From assembly GCA_965237415.1 (NCBI GenBank), contig CBDEFM010000001.1:160001-224000 (forward strand): 64,000 bases of DNA. The letters run 5' to 3'. Origin of the DNA: Alphaproteobacteria bacterium. Lineage in GTDB: Bacteria > Pseudomonadota > Alphaproteobacteria > UBA828. The translations under genes and the position numbers were made by a program. Each line of letters starts with the position of its first letter. Position 1 is the stretch's first letter. Positions 11,432 to 22,291 of the stretch are shown here, in pieces. The notes beneath the pieces are model-generated. The model was not told where the DNA came from and searched no databases. It was given only the letters and a program-made list of their open reading frames with translations.

Positions 11432-13110
11432 TCAATCAGGAATGCCTTTTCGAATACCATTCATGACCCAGTTCGTGATCTCCCCGACAAAATCCCAGAC
11501 ATCGCCAGCACTCCGCTGACAATACCCTTGAGCATTCGGGTCGTCGCCCATTTCCTCGAAGACACTCAAAAGCCATCGTGACTTAGTTCTATCCACATTA
11601 AGTTCAGAAAGCCACGATTCTAGCTCACCCTTTTTGACGATAAAGATCCCGTACTCAGATAGTTGACGAAAGAGATTACGACATGCTTCTTGATCACTAG
11701 GGCAAAGAAGGTCAATACCACCTTCCCTCTTCATATCCCTTCCGGTCGCGTTAAAGGTCTGGAGCAAAGATTTTCGCTCTGCTTGCAAAGCGGTGTGGCT
11801 TAACGGAGGAATAAAAGCACCATCTAGAGGCTTTTTCCAAACGGCTCCACCTTCCTTCAGTATGTCAATGTCGACAACACCAGCCGCTGGAATACCGAGC
11901 TCGCGAAGTGGCTTTACTATGTCCCACACAGTCTGCTTGTTTTGCGCGTTCAGGAATAGACAGCCACCTATTCCTCTTCGGTCATTCACGGCGAGCAATC
12001 GTTCATTTATCTCCTGATAAAACGCCCGATCAGCGTCAGACTCAGTCACCACTACAGCGTTATAGAATAGTGCGTTCAGCACTCCCACAGAGCGCAATAA
12101 TGGGTTCCGCATCAGTGGCACAATGTTTTCTCTCTTTAGCAATCTGGCCGTGGCTATCTCGTCGTCATAAGTCAGACGCACGATGTTTACGCCAACACCA
12201 GACTGCACACAACCCATGAGAAAACTTGCACTATGTGTGGATACAAAGACGCGCTTTCTTGCTCCCAATGCCGCGGCGACCTCTCTGCCGAGACGGTCAC
12301 TCAGAGAAGGGTGCAAAAAGGCCTCTGGCTCGTCGATTATCGTTATCTTTGGATCGCCTGAGATAATGGTAGACAACATGCCTACGAATGCCTTGACTCC
12401 GTCACTAGCATCAGTAATCGGCATAGCTGCTTGGTGAAACATCTGGGCTCTCGAATCCCAACCTTTCTCTTCGCGTTCATCAGCTGGGGCTCGAGATGAC
12501 AAGCGAAAACGAAGTTCTCCAATATTAGTTGGATCCACGACGAGATGTTTACCAAATGCATCGCGCACAATCTTTCTGAGTTTTGAGCGTGCGGCGTTGT
12601 TAACAAATAGATGTGCAAGGTGATTCGGAGCGGTGTCGAGGAGATCTCCCGATTTCTGAAGGTTAGCTAGTGCCAGCCTATTCGTACCATCAAGTTTAAG
12701 GGTGAATAATGAAAGGAATGGCGCATAGCGGTGTCGTAACGAATCGGGTTCTTCGCTTCTTGTAGCAAACTGGGCTTGTGTATCTGCATTCTAACTGGCG
12801 AATTATTTTGTGGATGAAGTGTGCCAATCAATACGTGATCTGGATTCAAGACTTCGTTTAGTTTGGGCTCTATCTCCAGTTCGTTAATAGCTTCCTCGAT
12901 GCCTGCATTTGTCCAAGCCTCAAACTTGATCGATTTGATCACCAATCCATTTAGTGGCTTCGGGCTTTTAATCCAGTTCTCGATCTCCTGTAGTGCGCGA
13001 GACTTGCCGCTGTTGTTAGGACCAACGAACACAGTAACCGAAGTTAACTCCACCTCAAGTGGTGGCTGTGTGGGCGTTGATCCGGCCTCCATCGTAATAC
13101 GGTTGAGCAC
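11432..13110 (-). pseudogene. OLD-like ATP-dependent nuclease (ABC ATPase + TOPRIM), frameshifted near 12740
   Basis: GTG start 13110; Walker A VFVGPNNSGKS; Walker B/D-loop IIDEPEAFLHP; H-loop VSTHS; TOPRIM VVTESDAD and VVDID. The two frames overlap between 12667 and 12790 and one added base gives 559 aa. GC is clearly lower than in the flanks. Confidence 0.8.
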
Positions 13111-13448
13111 TGGTGTATCCCTTCCAAAACTTCCGAACCCAGGTTCACTTGATGACCAATCGCGGCCACCCATTAGCATACCAAGTATTACAGTCCAAGG
13201 CGATCCGGCCGGAATTGAGCAATCTACTTGGCGATGTGTTCTCTTTGTCAAGCCGGTTCGGCGATTGGGGCTGTTGTTCGGCCCGAGGAATTGACGCGGA
13301 TTAGAATGCGAACTCAATGAGATAGTTAGATTGTGAGAGGTCAAAGTTGTACGCCGAATGGCATCCGAGCGCGCAACGTGGCCTAATAGCGCCTGCAACG
13401 CGACTTCGGAGTGGCTGCACGCCGGTCAGAGGCCGCGTAGCACCGCCT

Positions 13449-13560
13449 CCTTACACCGGCCCTCTCCTCTCAGAGGTGGAGGAGAGGGTGAGAACGCCGG
13501 CGCCGCCTGCATTCGCTTTCCGTCCCTCAGAGGGGAGACGGGCAGGGAGAGGTGAGGGCG
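13449..13560. repeat. REP-like palindromic pair (CCCTCTCC...GGAGAGGG type)
   Basis: Hairpin ccctctcctctcagaggtggaggagaggg followed by degenerate ccgtccctcagaggggagacgggcagggagaggtgaggg. Confidence 0.55.
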
Positions 13561-13670
13561 GCGCGAACGGCGGCATTTGAACCGGCGTCGCTTCGTGCTT
13601 ATGTGACACGCGCACGTAACGCGCTCCGAGCCTCGCCGCCGGCGGGGCCAACGATCAGAACCACGGCTCC

Positions 13671-15563
13671 ATGGTAGCTCTCGATCGCGAGCCCCGCGTG
13701 CAGGCTGCGGGGGAACGCTCGCACCTGCACACGATTCGCACGCTGCTGCCCTATCTCTGGCCGCGCGGCTCGCTCGAGATGCGGAGCCGCGTGGTGCTCG
13801 CCATCATCCTGCTCATCAGCGCCAAGATCGCCAACGTCTACGTGCCGATCCTATACAAGGATGCGGTCGACATCCTCTCGGACCACACGGCGGCGGTCAT
13901 CGTCGTACCGGTGGCGATCCTGCTTGCCTATGGCGCGCTCAGGGTGCTCACGGTCGCCTTCGGGGAGCTCAGGGATGCGGTCTTCGCCAAGGTCGGCGAG
14001 CGGGCGATCCGCACCGTTGCGCTGCGGATCTTCAATCACCTGCACGAGCTCTCGCTCCGCTTCCATATCGAGCGGCGCACCGGGGGCCTCAGCCGAGCCA
14101 TCGAACGCGGCATCAAGGGGATCGAGTTCCTGCTCACCTTCATGTTGTTCAACGTGCTGCCGACCCTGGTGGAGGTCACCATGGTCTGCGGCATCCTCTG
14201 GTTCCTCTACGGCATCGCCTACGCGGCGGTGACCTTCGTCACCATCGGCTTCTATATCGCCTTCACCCTCACGGTCACCGAATGGCGGCTGAAATACCGG
14301 CGGCGCATGAACGAGCGGGATAGCGAGGCCAACACCAAGGCGATCGACAGCCTGCTCAACTACGAGACGGTCAAGTACTTCGGCAACGAGGGGCACGAGG
14401 CGCGGCGCTTCGATGTCTCGCGCCGGCTCTACGAGCAGGCGGCGGTAAAGAGCAAGACCAGCCTTTCGCTGCTGAACATCGGCCAGGGGCTCATCATCGC
14501 GATCGGGCTCACCGGCATCACGATCATGGCGGGCAACGAGGTCGCCGCCGGCACCATGACCATCGGGGACTTCGTTCTGGTCAACACCTATCTGCTTCAG
14601 CTCTACATCCCGCTCAACTTCCTGGGCTTCGTCTATCGCGAGATCAAGCAATCCCTCACCGACATGGAGTCGATGTTCGGCATTCTCTCGGTGGAGCGCG
14701 AGGTCGAGGACGCACCCGACGCGCCGCCGCTCCGTGTCACGGCCGGCGCCATCGAGTTCGAGGATGTGCGCTTCCGCTACGAGGAGCGCCGGGGCATCCT
14801 CGACGGCATCTCGTTCAGCGTCCCGCCCGGCACCACCACGGCCATCGTGGGCGCGAGCGGCGCGGGCAAGTCAACCATCTCGCGCATCCTCTTCCGCTTC
14901 TACGACATCGAGTCCGGCAGCGTCAGGATCGACGGCCAGGACGTGCGCGCGGTGAGTCAGAAGAGCCTGCGCGCGGCCATCGGCATCGTTCCGCAGGACA
15001 CGGTGCTCTTCAACGACACGATCTATTACAACATCGCCTATGGCCGGCCCGAGGCGAGCCGGGAGGAGGTGGAGGAGGCGGCCCGCCTCGCCCGCATCCA
15101 CGACTTCATCGAGAGCCTGCCGGATGGCTACGAAAGCATGGTCGGCGAACGCGGCCTCAAGCTCTCGGGCGGCGAGAAGCAGCGGGTGGCCATCGCGCGC
15201 ACGATCCTCAAGAATCCCCGTATTCTCCTGTTCGACGAGGCCACCTCGGCCCTCGATTCACAAACCGAGAAGGAGATTCAGGCGAGCCTGCGGGAGGTCA
15301 GCCGCGACCGCTCCACCCTGATGATCGCGCACCGCCTGTCCACGGTCATAGACGCCGACCAGATCCTCGTGCTGGACGCAGGCCGCATCGTCGAGCACGG
15401 GCGCCATGCCGAGCTGCTCGTGCGCGACGGCCGCTACGCCGACATGTGGTGGCGCCAGCAGGAGACCGCCGAGCTTAGGGAAGAGCTTGCCCAAAGGCTT
15501 GCCGTCGAAGAGAGCGAGGGCGCAGAGACGACGCTTGCGCCCGACGAGGCCCTCACGCCATGA
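13671..15563 (+). CDS. atm1: ATM1/ABCB7-type ABC transporter (permease + ATPase)
   Basis: RRTGGLSRAIERG, DSLLNYETVKYF, PLNFLG, GASGAGKS, LSGGEKQR. Confidence 0.9.
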   Translation: MVALDREPRVQAAGERSHLHTIRTLLPYLWPRGSLEMRSRVVLAIILLISAKIANVYVPILYKDAVDILSDHTAAVIVVPVAILLAYGALRVLTVAFGELRDAVFAKVGERAIRTVALRIFNHLHELSLRFHIERRTGGLSRAIERGIKGIEFLLTFMLFNVLPTLVEVTMVCGILWFLYGIAYAAVTFVTIGFYIAFTLTVTEWRLKYRRRMNERDSEANTKAIDSLLNYETVKYFGNEGHEARRFDVSRRLYEQAAVKSKTSLSLLNIGQGLIIAIGLTGITIMAGNEVAAGTMTIGDFVLVNTYLLQLYIPLNFLGFVYREIKQSLTDMESMFGILSVEREVEDAPDAPPLRVTAGAIEFEDVRFRYEERRGILDGISFSVPPGTTTAIVGASGAGKSTISRILFRFYDIESGSVRIDGQDVRAVSQKSLRAAIGIVPQDTVLFNDTIYYNIAYGRPEASREEVEEAARLARIHDFIESLPDGYESMVGERGLKLSGGEKQRVAIARTILKNPRILLFDEATSALDSQTEKEIQASLREVSRDRSTLMIAHRLSTVIDADQILVLDAGRIVEHGRHAELLVRDGRYADMWWRQQETAELREELAQRLAVEESEGAETTLAPDEALTP

Positions 15564-16558
15564 CGAGCGGCGGGCACACGGCTGGTCGGGTTCCGACAGT
15601 CGCCGACATCCTCGCAGGCGACCGCCGCGCGCTGGCCGCCGCGATCACCCTCATCGAATCGACGCGGGAGGAAGACCGCGAACCGGCCGAGGCATTGCTC
15701 CAGGCGTTGCTGCCGCACGCGGGCAAGGCCGTCAGGCTCGGCATCTCGGGCGCGCCGGGGGTCGGCAAGTCGACCTTCATCGAGGCGCTCGGCACGCGCG
15801 CCATCGCGGCCGGCCGGCGGCTCGCGGTGCTCGCGATCGACCCCTCCAGCGAGCGATCCGGCGGCTCGATCCTGGGCGACAAGACCCGGATGCCGGAGCT
15901 CGCGCGGAGCGAGAGGAGCTTCATCCGCGCCTCGCCGACGGGCGGCACCCTCGGCGGCGTCGCCCGGCGCACGCGCGATGCGATGATCGCCTGCGAGGCG
16001 GCAGGCTTCGACCTCGTGGTGGTGGAGACCGTCGGCGTCGGCCAGTCCGAGGCCGCCGTCGCCGACATGGTGGATCTGTTCATGCTCCTGGTGCAGCCCG
16101 GCGCCGGCGACGAATTGCAAGGCATCAAGCGGGGCGTGGTGGAGCGCGCCGATATCGTCGTCGTCACCAAGGCCGACGGCGCGCTCGAAGGGCCGGCCGC
16201 CCACGCCAAGGCCGACTTCGAGGCTGCGCTCTCGCTCCACTCAAGCGAAGGGCCGTGGACACCTTGCGTCATCGCCTGCTCGTCGGTCGAAGGCCACGGC
16301 CTCGATGAGATCGCGGATGCGGTGGAACGGCATCGGGCAGCGATGGCCGAGGCTGGCGCGCTGGAGGCCAAACGGGTCGCCCAGGCGAGCGCATGGCTCT
16401 GGCGCGAGGTCGAGGCCTCGCTGATCGCAGCACTCCGCGCCGACGAGAGGCTTGCACCCGCGGTCGCAGCGCTTGAGGCCGAAGTTACAGCGCAAGCGTT
16501 GACCCCCACCGCCGCCGCCCGCCGCATCGTCCTGCGCATCCTGGCACGCGGCGACTGA
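15560..16558 (+). CDS. meaB: Methylmalonyl-CoA mutase-associated GTPase
   Basis: GAPGVGKST, AIDPSS, GGSILGDKTRM, ETVGVGQSE, GDELQGIKRG. Confidence 0.95.
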   Translation: MTSGGHTAGRVPTVADILAGDRRALAAAITLIESTREEDREPAEALLQALLPHAGKAVRLGISGAPGVGKSTFIEALGTRAIAAGRRLAVLAIDPSSERSGGSILGDKTRMPELARSERSFIRASPTGGTLGGVARRTRDAMIACEAAGFDLVVVETVGVGQSEAAVADMVDLFMLLVQPGAGDELQGIKRGVVERADIVVVTKADGALEGPAAHAKADFEAALSLHSSEGPWTPCVIACSSVEGHGLDEIADAVERHRAAMAEAGALEAKRVAQASAWLWREVEASLIAALRADERLAPAVAALEAEVTAQALTPTAAARRIVLRILARGD

Positions 16559-16616
16559 AATGCGCGAAGGCGGAACCCCGAGACAAATTGACCCCAAGAG
16601 AACAAAGTTGGGTGCG

Positions 16617-18065
16617 ATGAACCAGGATTTGTGGAGCCGGAGCGCGGTCGAGCTCGCCGCGATGATTCGGGCGCGCGAGGTGTCGTGCGTCGAGGTGACG
16701 GAATCGGTGCTGGGGCGCATCGCCCAGCACAACGGGCGCATAAACGCGATCGTCGTCGACTGCGGCGAGGACGCGTTGCGCGCCGCCGAACAGAAGGACC
16801 GGGAGGCCGATGGTGGCGGTGCAGCCCTCGGGCCGTTGCACGGGGTCCCCGTCACCATCAAGGAAAATATCGACGTCGCCGGGCAGGCAACCCCGAACGG
16901 TCTGCCCGCCTACGCGGATCTCATCGCGCCGGACCACTCCCCGGTGACGCGCAACCTGCTCGACGCCGGTGCGATCATCGTGGGGCGCACCAATACTCCG
17001 GAGCTTTCGATGCGCGGGACCACGGACAACCCGCTGCGCGGCCGAACCCTCAATCCCTGGAACGACGAGGCCTCGCCAGGCGGATCGTCCGGCGGAGCGT
17101 CGGCAGCCGCGGCAATGGGGTTCGGGCCGATTCACCACGGCAACGACATCGGCGGGTCGCTGCGCTTTCCCTCCTTCGCGTGCGGACTGGCGACGGTGAA
17201 GCCCACGCTCGGGCGAGTGCCCGCTTACAACCCGAGTGCGTCGGCCGAGCGCGGCCTTCTCGCCCAGCTCAGTTCCGTCCAGGGCGCGATTTGCCGCGAG
17301 GTGCGGGACGTGCGGCTCGCGACGCGGGTGCTCGCAGGCGGCGATCCGCGCGATCCGTGGTGGGTGCCGGTCCCCTTTGACGGACCCGCGCTAGATCCTC
17401 CCATAGAGGTGGCGGTCACGAGCGAGGCGCACGGCTATCCAATCAATCCGCAGATCCTCGCCGGCATCGAGCGGGCGGCGGACGTGCTGAGCGATGCGGG
17501 CTACGCGGTGGAGCGCGTGGCGACCCCGTCGATCATGAAGCCCGCGCAGGCGTGGTTCGACGTGCTCGCAAGCGAGATCGCCTACTTCCTGGGCCCGGTC
17601 GCGCGCGAGCACGGCAGCGAAACCGTCCAAACCATCTTCGAGCACTACCAGCGCATCGGAAAGCCGGTCGATCCGGCCGGATACCGCCAGGCCATCGCCG
17701 ATCGCACCGCGCTGACCCGCGAGTGGAACGTCTTCCTCGACCGCTATCCGCTGGTGCTCTGCCCCTTCCTGATGCGCTCGATGTACGCGTGGGACTACGA
17801 CGCGCAGGGGTTCGAGCAGGTGAAGGACCTCTTCATATCCGCGATCTACAGCACCGGCGTCAACTACCTCAGCCTGCCGGCGGGTGTTGTGCCTATCGGC
17901 TTCGCGGACGATTTGCCGGCGGGGGTGCAGATCGTCGGACGCCGGTACCGCGAAGACCTGATACTCGACGCGATGGAGGCGATCGAAGCCTCCGTCGGTA
18001 TCCTCGCCCACACGCTGTGGGAGCGCGAGGGGGGCGCGCCACCGGACCCTGCGTCCCACGCCTAA
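16617..18065 (+). CDS. Amidase-signature family enzyme
   Basis: GPLHGVPVTIKE, GGSSGG, GNDIGGSLR. Confidence 0.92.
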   Translation: MNQDLWSRSAVELAAMIRAREVSCVEVTESVLGRIAQHNGRINAIVVDCGEDALRAAEQKDREADGGGAALGPLHGVPVTIKENIDVAGQATPNGLPAYADLIAPDHSPVTRNLLDAGAIIVGRTNTPELSMRGTTDNPLRGRTLNPWNDEASPGGSSGGASAAAAMGFGPIHHGNDIGGSLRFPSFACGLATVKPTLGRVPAYNPSASAERGLLAQLSSVQGAICREVRDVRLATRVLAGGDPRDPWWVPVPFDGPALDPPIEVAVTSEAHGYPINPQILAGIERAADVLSDAGYAVERVATPSIMKPAQAWFDVLASEIAYFLGPVAREHGSETVQTIFEHYQRIGKPVDPAGYRQAIADRTALTREWNVFLDRYPLVLCPFLMRSMYAWDYDAQGFEQVKDLFISAIYSTGVNYLSLPAGVVPIGFADDLPAGVQIVGRRYREDLILDAMEAIEASVGILAHTLWEREGGAPPDPASHA

Positions 18066-18094
18066 CGCGCATTTCTCACCTGAGTCCGGGTCGT

Positions 18095-19327
18095 CTAAGC
18101 CAGGGTCGTCGGCGCCCTGCCTTCTTCCAGAGCGTCGAGGAACCCCTCGATCGACGCCTGCGGAATGTCGCGGGTTATGAACACGATCCGCGTGCGCCGG
18201 TCGTCGTCCGGCCAAGACTCGAGCCATTGGACCGGGTGGAAGAGATGTTGGACGCCATGGATGACGGCAGGCGTTTCGGGCCGTTCCGCGACGTTGACGA
18301 TGCCTTTGACCCGCAGCAGGTCGGCGCCGTTGCCGGCGATCAAGGACTCGAGAAAGAACCCGAAGGCCGCCCCGCTCACCGGTGCGTCGCGGACCACGCA
18401 ATAGGCGCGGATGCTGTCGTCGTGACGGTTCACGTCGCGGTGGTGATGATCATGGTCCGAGGCGGCACCCTGCGCAGCGAAACTCTCGTCCCGCAGCCAG
18501 CGCCCGACGTCGGCACTCTTGCTTTCTGCGTCGTATAACCCGATGCCGAACAGCATCGACGGATTCACCCGGCCGTTCTCCACGATACACATGGGGGCGC
18601 TCGGGTTGAGTGCTCGCAGGCGCGTGCAAAGCGCGTCGACGGAGGCCGGCGCGGCGAGGTCGGTCTTCGTCAGCAGCAGCCGGTCGGCCACGGCCGCCTG
18701 CTTCACCGACTCGCCGTGTGCGACGAGCGTCTCGGCTCCATTCACGCAGTCCACCGTGGTGACGACGCCGTCGAGGCGATAGACGGCGACGATCAAGCGA
18801 TCCCGCATCAGCGTGTGCAGGATGGGCGCCGGGTCGGCCAGCCCGGTGGTCTCGACGACGACGCGCGCGAAGGGTGGAACCGTGCCGTGCTTCCGGCGCC
18901 GGTAGAGATCTTGCAACGCGCCCAGCAGGTCGCCGCGTGCCGTGCAACAGAGGCAGCCGCCCTGCAGCTCGATGATGTCCTCGCTGGTTTTTCGGACCAG
19001 GGCGTGGTCGAGGCTGATCTCGCCGAACTCATTGATCACGACGGCGGTGTTGGCGAACGAAGGCTGGCCGAGCAGATGGGACAGCACGGTCCAGACTGTG
19101 TCAAAACGTCGGAGAATCGCTCGAAATGTGATTTCAGCCCATTGGTTGAATTTTCAGTGTTAATGAAATCAATGACTTAGCAGGCTGCACTTTTCAGAAA
19201 TCAAGCAGACTTACTCGAAAATCTGAATTCAATGACGTTTTCACACGGTCTGGGTCGTCTTGCCGCTGCCCAGGAAGCCGGTGATGACCGTCACCGGGAT
19301 CAGGTCCTCGGGTGCACGTTGCGGCAT
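18095..19327 (-). pseudogene. CobW/COG0523-family metal chaperone GTPase interrupted by a MITE
   Basis: N-terminus MPQRAPEDLIPVTVITGFLGSGKTT (ATG 19327) continues as VLSHLL...NEFGE, GGCLCC, ETTGLADP, His-rich DHDHHH and LLRVKG after the 161-bp insert, which brings an in-frame TGA at its fourth codon. Confidence 0.9.
19092..19252. mobile_element. 161-bp AT-rich MITE
   Basis: TIR CAGACTGTGTCAAAACGTC / GACGTTTTCACACGGTCTG (17/19); 4-bp TSD GGTC at 19088-19091 and 19253-19256; internal IHF-consensus match AATCAATGACTTA at 19167-19179. Confidence 0.92.
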
Positions 19328-19374
19328 GGTTTGGGCCCGCTACCCGGCGCCTGGGCCTGCCAAACGCAAGACAC

Positions 19375-19884
19375 TCACCGCTCGTCCCCGTCATGCTGGA
19401 TGCCGCCCCAGACCTCGCCGGTCGCCTCCAGCGTGTTGATGACGATCGCGAGGAACATGTAGCCGATCAGCATCACATACTGGGTCGTCGCCGTCGGGCC
19501 GAACCAGATCAGCAGCATCGGCGCGATCGCGAGCGGCGGGATCGCCCGCATCACCTCGATCGGCGGCTGAATGAAGTCGCGGAACTGACGAATCCACCCC
19601 ATCACGAGGCCAACCCCGACGCCCATCGCGATGCCGATCACGCCGCCGATGCAGACGCGAACGATGGATGTCGTGATATGGGGCGTGATGCCCCCGGACC
19701 CGCCGCCCTGGGCAGCAATCTCGGGCGATTCGAAGAGAACATCGATCAGCCGCACGGCCACGGCATCGGGCGAAGGCAGGCGCGCCGGGCCGAGCCACTC
19801 GGCGAACCCCCACCAGGCGCCCAGGATGATCAGAAAGCCGTAGGTCTGGCGGACGTGAAAGCCTATGCGTCCCAGACGGATCAA
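19375..19884 (-). pseudogene. SsuC/TauC-type ABC permease, C-terminally truncated
   Basis: LPSP, IPPLAIAPMLLIWFG motifs; the ORF ends at 169 aa, before the EAA loop. Confidence 0.75.
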
Positions 19885-19900
19885 GGAGCGGCCGGACGGT

Positions 19901-19932
19901 CGGGCCGGGGCACCGCACGGCGCCCCGGCCCG
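19901..19932. terminator. GC-rich intercistronic stem-loop
   Basis: cgggccggggc / gccccggcccg 11-bp stem between the binding-protein and permease genes; no U-tract. Confidence 0.4.
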
Positions 19933-19948
19933 TCCTCATACGCGGGGT

Positions 19949-20980
19949 CTAGGACCCGGACTCGTGTGCGGCCCACTCGACGGCCGCGCGGGCGAAGCGC
20001 CCGGCATCGTAGAAGTTGTAAATCGAGTCATGGAACTCGGCCTGCGCGAGCAGCTCGGCCGCCTTGGGCGTCGCGTCGGAAACCGCGGCCCGGGCCTCGC
20101 GGATCGCCGCCGCCGCGTCGACCTTGAGCGCCTGCATCTCGTGCCAGAACTCGATGGCGTAGGAGGCGTTGTCGGGCGTCCACTTGCCTGCTTCGAGGAC
20201 CTCCTGCTCCTCCCACAACTTGATGTGGGCGCCGGTGATGTTGGCGTAGTGCTCGGGGTTGGTCGAGCGATAGCGGTCCTCATACCACATCGCCTGATCC
20301 TCGAAGGGCACGAAGGGGTTGAGCTCGTCGTAGATGACCTCGACGTCCACCGGCGTGAGCGTAGACCCCATGATCGAGTTGAGGAAGTCCGTGTGCGTCG
20401 GGATCGTCTCCTGCGGCCTGTCGACCATCAGCCTGAGCGTCCGGTAGATCATGCTGGCGAAGCGATAGAGCGTCTCCTTGTTGTTCGCGTAGTAATCCCG
20501 CGTGGTCGCCCAGCCGTCGTGGAACACGGCCCGGAGCTCCTTGGAGTCCGGCGTGGCCGCCGCGAACTGCGAAATATGGAGCGACGTCATCACTGGCACG
20601 AAGCCTTCCAAGGTCATCGAGACGGGGCCAGGTGCCGAGCCGACGGCGAAGTCGGCACGACCGGAGATCATCTCGGCAACGATCTTCGAATCCGTGTCGA
20701 AGCTGTTGACCGTGATGTCATCCATGCTCATGCCGGCGCTTTCCAGCGCGATGGTGATGAAGCCGCGAATGCCGCCCTCGTTCAGAGTCGCCAGCGCCTT
20801 GCCGCGGAACTGCTCGGCGGTCGCCTTAATCGAGGCGGTGGGCTCCATGCCCTCGTCGATGAAATCGGTCACCGACTTGTAGCCCGCCTCGGGATCGACC
20901 ATGAAGCCGAAGCCCTGAAAGATGTCGCCGTGCATGAAATCGACGTAGTTCGAACTGCTCTGCGGCCCGGCCCCGCTCAT
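19949..20980 (-). pseudogene. ABC substrate-binding protein (SsuA/NMT1-like), probably N-terminally truncated
   Basis: ALESAGMSMDDIT, MISGRADFAVG; no signal peptide; lies upstream of the SsuC-type permease. Confidence 0.6.
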
Positions 20981-21093
20981 TTCCCGTCTCTCGACGTCCC
21001 CTGCGCCCCGCAGGCTGGATATTCGCCAGGGCAGGGACTATGTAGTGTGCTGCAGCGCAGCATTGGCGCGCTTGAGGCGGGAGAACACAGAAC

Positions 21094-22281
21094 ATGATGG
21101 ATGATCCGATCGTCATCGTCGGCATGGCGCGCACGCCGATGGGCGGGTTTCAGGGCGCATTGAAGGACGCGCGGGCGCCGGAGCTCGGCTCGGCCGCGAT
21201 CGAAGCCGCGCTCAGCCGCGCCGGTGTCGCGGCGCACGATGTCGACGAAGTCATCATGGGCAACATCCTCTCGGCCGGCCAGGGGCAGGCACCGGCGCGC
21301 CAGGCCGCCATCGGCGCCGGCGTGCCCGAGCATGTGGGCTGCACCACCATCAACAAGATGTGCGGCTCCGGCATGAAGGCCACGATGTTCGCCCACGACC
21401 TGATCGCGGCGGGCTCCGGCGCGATCGTCGTCGCCGGCGGCATGGAGAGCATGACCAACGCGCCCTACCTGCTGGATCGCGCGCGGAGCGGCTACCGCAT
21501 GGGCCACGGCAAGGTGCAGGACCACATGTTCCTCGACGGGCTGGAGGATGCCTACGACAAGGGCACGCTGATGGGTCATTTCGCCGAGGAGACGGCGCGC
21601 ACCTACCAGTTCACCCGCGAGCAGCAGGACGAGTTCGCCATCACCTCGCTCACCCGCGCGAAGACGGCGATCGAGGACGGCTCCTTCGACGGCGAGGTCA
21701 CGCCGGTCACCGTCAAGCACCGCAAGGGCGAGACGGTCGTCGCCCAGGACGAGCAGCCCCTGACCGCCGATTTCGACAAGATCCCGACGTTGCGCCCGGC
21801 CTTCGCCAAGGACGGCTCGGTGACCGCCGCGAATTCCAGCTCGATCTCCGACGGCGGCGCGGCGCTGGTGCTCATGCGGCGCTCGGAGGCCGAGGCGCGC
21901 GGGCTCGCGCCCATCGCCCTCATCCACGGCCACGCGACCCATGCGCAGGCGCCCGCCTGGTTCACCACCGCGCCCGCACCGGCGCTCCGCAAGCTCTTCG
22001 AGAAGGTGGGCTGGGATGCCGACGACGTGGACCTCTTCGAGATCAACGAGGCCTTCGCGGTCGTCACCATGGCGGCGATGCGCGACCTGGACCTCCCCCA
22101 CGAGAAGGTGAACGTCCACGGCGGCGCCTGTGCGCTCGGCCATCCGGTCGGCGCCTCCGGCGCGCGTATCGTCATCACGCTCCTGGCAGCGCTGGAGAAG
22201 TACGACCTCGACAAGGGCGCAGCCGCGCTCTGCATCGGCGGCGGCGAAGCCACGGCACTCGCCGTCGAGCGCCTCCACTAG
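21094..22281 (+). CDS. Acetyl-CoA C-acyltransferase (thiolase)
   Basis: INKMCGSG, NEAFA, GHPVGASG, CIGGGE. Confidence 0.95.
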   Translation: MMDDPIVIVGMARTPMGGFQGALKDARAPELGSAAIEAALSRAGVAAHDVDEVIMGNILSAGQGQAPARQAAIGAGVPEHVGCTTINKMCGSGMKATMFAHDLIAAGSGAIVVAGGMESMTNAPYLLDRARSGYRMGHGKVQDHMFLDGLEDAYDKGTLMGHFAEETARTYQFTREQQDEFAITSLTRAKTAIEDGSFDGEVTPVTVKHRKGETVVAQDEQPLTADFDKIPTLRPAFAKDGSVTAANSSSISDGGAALVLMRRSEAEARGLAPIALIHGHATHAQAPAWFTTAPAPALRKLFEKVGWDADDVDLFEINEAFAVVTMAAMRDLDLPHEKVNVHGGACALGHPVGASGARIVITLLAALEKYDLDKGAAALCIGGGEATALAVERLH

Positions 22282-22291
22282 GGCGGCTCCC

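Noticed and set aside
11131-11460. Short ORFs 11131..11325, 11212..11460, 11240..11425
   Set aside because: They are translations of the MITE and its flanks; the same peptides recur at 1694-1877.
13111-13398. 96-aa N-terminal extension of the OLD-like ORF from TTG 13398
   Set aside because: The region looks intergenic (contains a TTGACA promoter-like box on the minus strand); GTG 13110 puts Walker A at the usual distance from the N-terminus.
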